64,000 nt of DNA from NCBI GenBank assembly GCA_963760795.1, contig CAVXEP010000032.1, positions 128,001-192,000 of the forward strand. The letters run 5' to 3'. The translations under genes and the position numbers were made by a program. How positions within the stretch are numbered: the first letter of the stretch is position 1; each line of letters starts with the position of its first letter. This DNA is from an uncultured delta proteobacterium. GTDB taxonomy: Bacteria > Desulfobacterota > Binatia > UBA9968. Shown one piece after another: positions 57,313 through 64,000 of this stretch. Below the pieces are notes generated by a model. The model made no database searches and had not been told where the DNA came from. It saw only the letters and a program-made list of their open reading frames with translations.

Positions 57313-58761
57313 ATGAGTATTCGCATAGACGGCGGGGTCGTCGTCGGCTGGTCCGGCACGGGACATGAGATTATTCCTAACGGTTCGGTCTTGATCGAAG
57401 GCAACAGGATCGAGTCAGTCGGCGCCGATAAGTCCCAGCCGGCCGACCGGGTCATCGATGCCAGCGGCAAGATCGTCTGCCCCGGTTTTATCAACCTGCA
57501 TGTGCACTCGCAGCTCAACGTCGGCGATTATCTGCTGACCGATGTCACGAAGAAAGATTATCTCGCCGCCAACTGGTTCGTGTTCGGCGCGCCGTTGAAA
57601 GAAAAGGTCGAACCGCCGGCGCCGCCGGCGGTGGCGTTGGGACGGAAGTATGCGCTTTACAGCGCGCTGCGAAACGGTGCGACGACGGTGCTCGATCCCG
57701 GCGGCGGCCCGGGCGCCCTCGACGATTATGTCGCCATCGTCGGTCAGACCGGCGGGCGGGTGTTTTTCAGTCCGCCGTTTCGCAGTCACGATATTTTCAC
57801 CGACGCCGAGGGGCGGCACTACTATGAAGAACGGCCGGACAAAGGACGGCCCGGACTGAAAGTCGCCGTCGACTTCATCAAGAAATTCCACGGCGCCCAC
57901 AATGGCCGCTTGCAAGGCATTTTGAATCCGGCGCAGGCGGAAACCTGCGAGCCGTCGTTGTTGAAAGAATCGGTGGCCGCGGCGAAAGAGTTGGACGTGC
58001 CGCTGCATATCCACGCCGGCGGCAACTTCCGCGAGTTCTTGGAGATTCTCAACAAGTATCGCAAACCGGTGGCCGAGTATCTCGCCGACGTCGGCATCCT
58101 CGGCCCGCGCACGACGTTGGGCCATATGGCGATCACCGGCGGCCACTCGCGCGTTGACTATCCGCTCGGCGATGAAATGAAGATTCTCGCCGAGACCGGC
58201 GCCACCGTCGGCCACTGCCCGCATAAGTGCGCCAAGATGGCTTTTGCCATGGAATCATTTGACCGATACCTGGAAGCCGGCGTGCGCATCGGCTTGGGCA
58301 CGGATACTTATCCGCTCGATATCGTTTCGGAGATGCGCTACGCATCGTTGATCTCTCGGCTCGTCGATCGCCAAGCTGCCGGCGCCCGCGCCGCCGATGT
58401 CTTTAACGCCGCCACCATCGGCGGGGCGACTGCGTTGGGCCGTTCCGATCTAGGCCGGCTTGCCGTCGGCGCAAAGGCCGACGTGGTGATTATCAATCTG
58501 CGCAGCACGCGCTACGGCCCGATGCGCGATCCGATCAATGCCCTGGTCGAATACGGCAGCGGCGCGGATGTCGAAACCGTGCTGGTCGACGGCGAAGTGG
58601 TTATCGAAAACGGCCGCTCGACGCGCATCAACGATGATGAGCTGTTCGCCCAAGCCGAAGCCGGCGCCAAGCGCGCCTGGGACGCCTGGTCCGCGCGCGA
58701 TTGGAACGGCCGCAGTGTCGAGCAAATCATCCCCCCGGCTTTTCCGACACGACAAGGTTGA
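57313..58761 (+). CDS. Amidohydrolase (Amidohydro_1; SsnA/chlorohydrolase/deaminase-like)
   Basis: PGFINLHVH, HIHAG, LGH, HCP, GLGTDT and GRLAVGAKAD motifs. Confidence 0.88.
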   Translation: MSIRIDGGVVVGWSGTGHEIIPNGSVLIEGNRIESVGADKSQPADRVIDASGKIVCPGFINLHVHSQLNVGDYLLTDVTKKDYLAANWFVFGAPLKEKVEPPAPPAVALGRKYALYSALRNGATTVLDPGGGPGALDDYVAIVGQTGGRVFFSPPFRSHDIFTDAEGRHYYEERPDKGRPGLKVAVDFIKKFHGAHNGRLQGILNPAQAETCEPSLLKESVAAAKELDVPLHIHAGGNFREFLEILNKYRKPVAEYLADVGILGPRTTLGHMAITGGHSRVDYPLGDEMKILAETGATVGHCPHKCAKMAFAMESFDRYLEAGVRIGLGTDTYPLDIVSEMRYASLISRLVDRQAAGARAADVFNAATIGGATALGRSDLGRLAVGAKADVVIINLRSTRYGPMRDPINALVEYGSGADVETVLVDGEVVIENGRSTRINDDELFAQAEAGAKRAWDAWSARDWNGRSVEQIIPPAFPTRQG

Positions 58762-58773
58762 CGAGAGATACTT

Positions 58774-59113
58774 TTCACCACGAAGTGTCCATGAGCTTGC
58801 GCTCGTCTACAGATCATGAAAATACCGGAAGCCCCCTCCCGAGGGTTCATTCCTTCGACTCGTCATGCCGGCGCAGGCCGGCATCCAGAGGCGGGAGGGG
58901 GGATGGATACCGGCCTGCGCCGGTATGACGGAACAGAGAGTCGTTATCGATGCGCAGATCATCGCTGCACGTGTATTTTCGAAGGAGGCACGAAGGACAC
59001 GCAGGGTTCGGATAATCAATATTCCGAACTTCGTGCTCTTCGTGTCCTTCGCGGTGAGTAACTCTTTCCCATTTGGTTGCGCAGCTGTGCCGCGTTAGGA
59101 CCTTCGTGGTGAA
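58774..59113. repeat. Nested palindromic repeat complex
   Basis: Outer ttcaccacgaag (58774) / cttcgtggtgaa (about 59102-59113) enclose a GTCAT-type REP (58860-58930) and a full CACGAAG element (58981-59058). Confidence 0.75.
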
Positions 59114-59228
59114 TCATCCGCGAAGATATTTTCGCCATTCAATTGACCCCGCCTGAACATTCCTGCTATCAGAGTCGAAACTTTCAATCATTATAGATAG
59201 TTAAGTTAGTTGATCGGAAAGGTTTATA

Positions 59229-60752
59229 ATGCGTTACGGATTTCTCATCGATCAGCATCGCTGCATCGGCTGCCACGCCTGTACTGTGGCCTGTAAAGAG
59301 GAACACGACATCCCACTGGGCGTTAACCGCACCTGGGTCAAGTACGTCGAGAAGGGGGTCTATCCCGACACGCGACGTCATTTTGCCGTGCTGCGCTGCA
59401 ATCACTGCGACGACGCGCCGTGCATCGAGATCTGCCCGACGGTGGCGCTGTTTCGCCGGCCTGACGGTATTGTCGACTTCGACAATGAGCGTTGCATCGG
59501 TTGCCAGTCCTGCATGCAGGCTTGTCCCTACGATGCGCTTTACATCGATCCCGACCGCAACACCGCGGCCAAATGTAACTTCGATGCCTCGCGCGTCGAG
59601 ATGGGTTACAAACCGGCCTGCGAAGTAGTCTGCCCGACCCAAGCGATTCTTTCCGGCGATCTCGACGATGCCAACAGTACGATCAGCAAGCGCATCGCCA
59701 TGGAAAAAGTCAGCGTGCGCAAAGCCGAGAAGGGCACCAAGCCAAAACTTTTCTATGCCGGCGTCGACGGCGATCTGTTGAATCCGACCATGATGGAGCC
59801 CCAGGAGAGCCACTTCTGGGCCGACAAAGCGCCCGGTGAAGATCTCTACGCTCTCAAGATGCGCGACGGTGAGCGCTCCACTCCGGGTGCAGCGCGGGAG
59901 GTGTACGACGTGCCTCATGAGACACCTTGGGGTAAGAAGATCGCGTCTTATCTGTGGACCAAATCGATATCTGCCGGCGTGCTCCTGTTGTCGGCGCTGT
60001 TTTTGAATATGGGCTTTGAACAGGATGCCGGCGTGTTGAGTTTGGTCAGTCCGATGGTCTCTTTGCTCTTTCTCGCCGCCACTATGTTGTTATTAGTGCT
60101 CGATCTGAAAAAGCCCGGCCGGTTTTTGTACATTCTCACCAAGCCCAATCTCAACTCATGGTTGGTGCTCGGCGGCTACGTATTGACGGTGTTCGGCATT
60201 CTCTTAGCGGTCTGGTTGGCGTTGATCCTCACTGGCCATGGTCTGCATCCCGTGTTGGTGTGGGCGACGGCGACCTTTGCCGTGGCTTCTGCCGGCTATT
60301 CGGCGTTTCTTTTCGCCCAGGCGCGCGGCCGGGATTTTTGGCAAAGTCCAATGCTATTTTGGCATCTGTTGATTCAATCGATCGCCGCCGGCGCGGCGAC
60401 CTTGACGCTGGTCGGCAGTGTGCTCGGTGTCTCGCTGCCGTTGTTCAGCTGGCTCGGTCATCTGTTGGTGATCTCGTTGTGTTTGAGCCTAGCGATGATC
60501 TTCGGCGACTTGTTCATGAAGCATGGCGCCGAAGACGCGGTGCGCGCCGGTGAGATCCTGTTGCGCGGGCCATTGAAGAAATCGTTTTGGATCTTCGTGG
60601 TCGGCCTCGGTAGCCTTGTGCCGATTATTCTCGTTCTATGGCCGATCAGTTCGCTGATACCGAATATCGCCGCAGCCATACTGGCGCTATTCGGTCTGTG
60701 GATGTACGAGCATCTGTGGATCAGAGCCGGGCAGGCTGTGCCGTTGAGCTGA
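59229..60752 (+). CDS. Fused 4Fe-4S dicluster (DmsB/NrfC-like) and NrfD/PsrC membrane anchor protein
   Basis: CIGCHACTVAC, CNHCDDAPC...CP, CIGCQSCMQACP and KCNFD...PAC..VCP; C-terminal PWG...YLW and DL.KP.RF with about 8 TM segments. Confidence 0.88.
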   Translation: MRYGFLIDQHRCIGCHACTVACKEEHDIPLGVNRTWVKYVEKGVYPDTRRHFAVLRCNHCDDAPCIEICPTVALFRRPDGIVDFDNERCIGCQSCMQACPYDALYIDPDRNTAAKCNFDASRVEMGYKPACEVVCPTQAILSGDLDDANSTISKRIAMEKVSVRKAEKGTKPKLFYAGVDGDLLNPTMMEPQESHFWADKAPGEDLYALKMRDGERSTPGAAREVYDVPHETPWGKKIASYLWTKSISAGVLLLSALFLNMGFEQDAGVLSLVSPMVSLLFLAATMLLLVLDLKKPGRFLYILTKPNLNSWLVLGGYVLTVFGILLAVWLALILTGHGLHPVLVWATATFAVASAGYSAFLFAQARGRDFWQSPMLFWHLLIQSIAAGAATLTLVGSVLGVSLPLFSWLGHLLVISLCLSLAMIFGDLFMKHGAEDAVRAGEILLRGPLKKSFWIFVVGLGSLVPIILVLWPISSLIPNIAAAILALFGLWMYEHLWIRAGQAVPLS

Positions 60753-60809
60753 TAAAAACCGGAAGTCAGCAGTCAGAATTCAGAAGTCGGATTGACAAGG
60801 ATTTGCATA

Positions 60810-63638
60810 ATGAATGAACCGCGCCTGCCGCTAAATCCGGACGCTTTGAAACTAGAGCCTAATGGCTTGGTCAATTATCCGCCAGTGGAAAAGTGGGACG
60901 ACTGGATGGAGTACGACACGGCGCAGTGGCCGCGCAAGGTCGAGAAGCATTGCCGAATTATCCCGACGATTTGCTTCAATTGCGAAGCCGCTTGCGGCCT
61001 GGTTGCTGTGGTCGAAAAAGACACTAACAAGATCCGCCGCTTCGAGGGCAATCCCGAGCATCCCGGCAGCCGCGGCCGCAACTGCGCCAAAGGGCCGGCG
61101 ACGCTCAATCAAGTGAACGATCCCGAGCGTATTCGTTATCCGTTAAAACGTGTCGGCAAGCGCGGCGAAGGCAAGTGGGAGCGGGTCGGTTGGGACGAAG
61201 TGCTCGACGACATCGCCGGCCGGGTGCGCAAGGCGCTGCAAGAAGAGCGGCGCAATGAAATCATGTACCATGTCGGCCGGCCCGGCCATGAGTTGCTCTA
61301 CCATCAGCGCATCCTTCATTCTTGGGGAATCGACGGCCACAATAGCCATACCAACGTTTGTTCCGCCGGCGCCCGCGCCGGCTACGCCTTCTGGTCCGGT
61401 ATCGACCGGCCATCGCCGGATCATGCCAATGCGCGTTTCATTTTGCTCCTGAGCTCGCACCTGGAGACCGGCCACTATTTCAATCCCCATGCGCAGCGGA
61501 TCATCGAAGCCAAGGAAGGTGGCACCAAGATCTGCGTCATCGACACAAGGCTTTCCAACACCGCGTCCAAGGCGGATTACTGGATGTCGACCTGGCCGGG
61601 CAGCGAGTCCGCCGTGCTCCTGGCGATGTGCAATGTCTTACTGCAGGAGGATCTCTTCGACCGCGAATTTTTGCGCCGCTGGGTCAACTGGGAAGACTAT
61701 TTGCGCGAAGAGTATCCCGACCAGCCGCATAATTTTTCCAGCTTCGTCACTGTGCTCAAAGAAGTCTATGGCCAGTACACGCCGGAGTTCGCCGCCAAGG
61801 AAGCCGGCGTCGAGCCGGGCGTGATCGTCGAAGTGGCGCACGAGGTCGCCAAGGCCGGTTCGGCATTCGCTTCCCATGTCTGGCGCAATACCGCGGCCGG
61901 CAACCTCGGCGGCTGGCAAGTCGCCCGGGCGCTGCAATTTCTCTCCGTCTTAGTCGGCGCCGTCGGAACTGTCGGCGGCACCGCGCCCAACGCGGCGAAT
62001 AAATTCATTCCCGCGCCGCCGCTGATGCCGCCGCCGTCCAAAGTCTGGAACGAGCTGCTGATTCCCAAAGAGTTTCCCCTGGCGTTTTTCGAGATGAGTT
62101 TCTTGCTGCCGCATTTTCTCAAGGAAGGGCGCGGCAAGTTGGCGATGTATTTCACCCGGGTCTACAACCCGGTGTGGACCAATCCCGACGGCATGAGTTG
62201 GATCGAAATGCTTTCGGATGAAAGCAAGGTCGAGCGCCACGCTTGTTTGACACCGACCTGGAGCGAGACCGCTTGGTTCGCCGATTATGTCTTGCCGATG
62301 GGCCATGCTTCCGAGCGCCATGACTTGATGAGCCAGGAAACCCAGGCGGCGCGCTGGATTGGTTTTCGCCAGCCGATTTTACGTGTCGCTCTGGAGAAGC
62401 AGGGCAAGAAGTTCAATACGACCTACGAGGCGCACGAAGCCGCCGGCATCGGCGAGGTGTGGGAGGAAGACGAGTTCTGGATCGAACTGTCCTGGCGCGT
62501 CGATCCTGACGGTAGCCTCGGCATCCGTAAATATTTTGAGTCGCCCTACGATCCCGGCAAGAAGATGACGGTGGATGATTACTATCGCTGGATCTTCGAG
62601 AACAGCGTGCCGGGGTTGCCACAGGCGGCGGCCAAGCAGGGACTCAAGCCGCTGGAGTACATGCGCAAGTACGGCGCATTTTTGATCGAAGACAACGTCT
62701 ACAAAGTCCACGAAGCCGCGGTGAAAAGCGCCGATCTCGCCGACTCGACGGTGGATGCCGCAACCAAGGTCGTGGCCAAAAATGGCGCGGTGCTGGGCGT
62801 CGAGATCGACGGCAAAGCGGTGGTTGGCTTTCCGACGCCGTCGCGCAAGCTCGAATTTTTTTCCAAGACGATCAAGGATTGGAAATGGCCCGAGCATGCG
62901 ATCCCCGGCTATATCAAGAGCCATGTCCATCCGGACAATATCGATATCAACGCCGGTGAAATGCTATTGCTGCCGACCTTTCGCTTGCCGACGCTGATTC
63001 ACACCCGCTCGGGCAATGCCAAGTGGCTGTACGAAATCTCCAACCGCAATCCGCTGTGGTTGAACTCCAAAGACGCCCAGAACTTCGACGTGAAAACCGG
63101 CGATCTGCTGAAAGTGAATACCGAGATCGGCTACTTCATCGATAAAGTTTGGGTCACCGAAGGGATCAAGCCCGGCGTCATCGCCTGCTCGCATCATCTC
63201 GGGCGCTGGCGCTTGCAGGAAGATGCCGGCGGCGAGCGCTGGTCGACGGCATTGGTGGACTTGAAACAAATGGGCGAAGGCAAGTGGATGATGCGGACGA
63301 TCCACGGCATCCAGCCGTTCAAGAGCGACGATCCCGATTCGTCGCGCATCTTCTGGCAAGACGGCGGCGTGCATCAGAACTTGACGTTTCCCGTGCAGCC
63401 CGATTTCATCAGCGGCCAGCACTGCTGGCATCAAAAGGTTCGCATCACCAAGCCCGGCCCCGACGACAAGTACGGCGATGTCTTCGTCGACACCAACAAG
63501 TCCCACGAGGTTTACAAAAAATGGATGCTCAAGACCCGCCCCGCGCCAGGGCCGGACAACCTGCGCCGGCCGCTTTGGCTGCCGCGATCGTATAAACCGG
63601 CGCCGGAGGCGTATTATTTCAAGAAGGATGAGGGATGA
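60810..63638 (+). CDS. Molybdopterin-dependent oxidoreductase catalytic subunit (DMSO reductase superfamily)
   Basis: TICFNCEAACG...NCAKG (FS0 cluster), RIRYPLKRVG.RGEGKWE, HTNVCS, SETA.FADYVLP and IHTRS; no twin-Arg signal. Confidence 0.9.
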   Translation: MNEPRLPLNPDALKLEPNGLVNYPPVEKWDDWMEYDTAQWPRKVEKHCRIIPTICFNCEAACGLVAVVEKDTNKIRRFEGNPEHPGSRGRNCAKGPATLNQVNDPERIRYPLKRVGKRGEGKWERVGWDEVLDDIAGRVRKALQEERRNEIMYHVGRPGHELLYHQRILHSWGIDGHNSHTNVCSAGARAGYAFWSGIDRPSPDHANARFILLLSSHLETGHYFNPHAQRIIEAKEGGTKICVIDTRLSNTASKADYWMSTWPGSESAVLLAMCNVLLQEDLFDREFLRRWVNWEDYLREEYPDQPHNFSSFVTVLKEVYGQYTPEFAAKEAGVEPGVIVEVAHEVAKAGSAFASHVWRNTAAGNLGGWQVARALQFLSVLVGAVGTVGGTAPNAANKFIPAPPLMPPPSKVWNELLIPKEFPLAFFEMSFLLPHFLKEGRGKLAMYFTRVYNPVWTNPDGMSWIEMLSDESKVERHACLTPTWSETAWFADYVLPMGHASERHDLMSQETQAARWIGFRQPILRVALEKQGKKFNTTYEAHEAAGIGEVWEEDEFWIELSWRVDPDGSLGIRKYFESPYDPGKKMTVDDYYRWIFENSVPGLPQAAAKQGLKPLEYMRKYGAFLIEDNVYKVHEAAVKSADLADSTVDAATKVVAKNGAVLGVEIDGKAVVGFPTPSRKLEFFSKTIKDWKWPEHAIPGYIKSHVHPDNIDINAGEMLLLPTFRLPTLIHTRSGNAKWLYEISNRNPLWLNSKDAQNFDVKTGDLLKVNTEIGYFIDKVWVTEGIKPGVIACSHHLGRWRLQEDAGGERWSTALVDLKQMGEGKWMMRTIHGIQPFKSDDPDSSRIFWQDGGVHQNLTFPVQPDFISGQHCWHQKVRITKPGPDDKYGDVFVDTNKSHEVYKKWMLKTRPAPGPDNLRRPLWLPRSYKPAPEAYYFKKDEG

Positions 63639-63855
63639 ACGTCGAAATAAGCCTCGGTCGGAATTTAGCCGCAAAGAACGCAAAAAACTCAAAGTAAAAC
63701 CAAAGAAGAAAATCGAGGGTAGGGGCGTATTGCATACGCCCTTGGATGGAAGATGCGCACGATATGTTGACCGCCCAGGACTTCCCATAATGATTCGTTT
63801 TGCCGCGGTATACGCGCGAGTCCTGACTATCGGCGCGTGATCCGCGACCGGGCCG

Positions 63856-63999
63856 CTAGCCCCTGCTCCTTGAACCATGCAGCGACCTTGTCTCGGTGTT
63901 GAAAAACGACTCGTTTGACTTGTCGGTCCGTTCGCTGTCCAGCGCCGCGTCGATTTCGTCGAGTTCGTCCTCGGCGAGCGGATCGAAGCCCAGCAAAAG
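63856..63999 (-). CDS. 3' end of an unidentified gene entering from the right edge
   Basis: LLLGFDPLAEDELDEIDAALDSERTDKSNESFFNTETRSLHGSRSRG* is open to the window edge. Confidence 0.45.
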   Translation of the reverse strand, partial: LLLGFDPLAEDELDEIDAALDSERTDKSNESFFNTETRSLHGSRSRG

Positions 64000-64000
64000 C

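Noticed and set aside
36251-59113. Palindromic repeats as CRISPR repeats or tRNAs
   Set aside because: They are dispersed rather than arrayed with spacers, and show no cloverleaf or T-loop consensus.

Overview
A 64-kb stretch of a GC-rich bacterial chromosome. Its gene repertoire (many Amidohydro_2 enzymes, orphan NMT1/THI5-type solute-binding proteins, phthalate-type Rieske oxygenases, cofH plus an F420-type LLM enzyme, dense palindromic intergenic repeats) resembles Candidatus Binatota/Deltaproteobacteria-like genomes; the taxonomy is inferred, not shown. Housekeeping anchors are mutL-miaA and hisS-aspS. mutL, miaA, hisS and three other genes carry single-base frameshifts that look like consensus artefacts from mixed strains. 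An accessory island at about 4.9-10.6 kb holds an M20 peptidase remnant, a secreted 7-bladed repeat protein, a luxR gene with a decayed duplicate, and an integrase-core IS with doubled terminal motifs. Several things are missing from the ORF track: a signal-peptide-bearing DUF151 nuclease at the left edge, two 42-43 aa membrane microproteins each behind a sigma-54 promoter, and YeeE and solute-binding-protein remnants. A palindromic repeat is also inserted in frame into the N-termini of two secreted proteins. The right third is a same-strand catabolic cluster (amidohydrolases, 2-hydroxyacid dehydrogenase, three tandem solute-binding proteins, ThDP enzyme, CADD/PqqC-like diiron enzyme) followed by a fused FeS-NrfD gene and a molybdopterin oxidoreductase. 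No tRNA, rRNA or CRISPR array was recognised. All annotations come from manual motif recognition; no database search was run.
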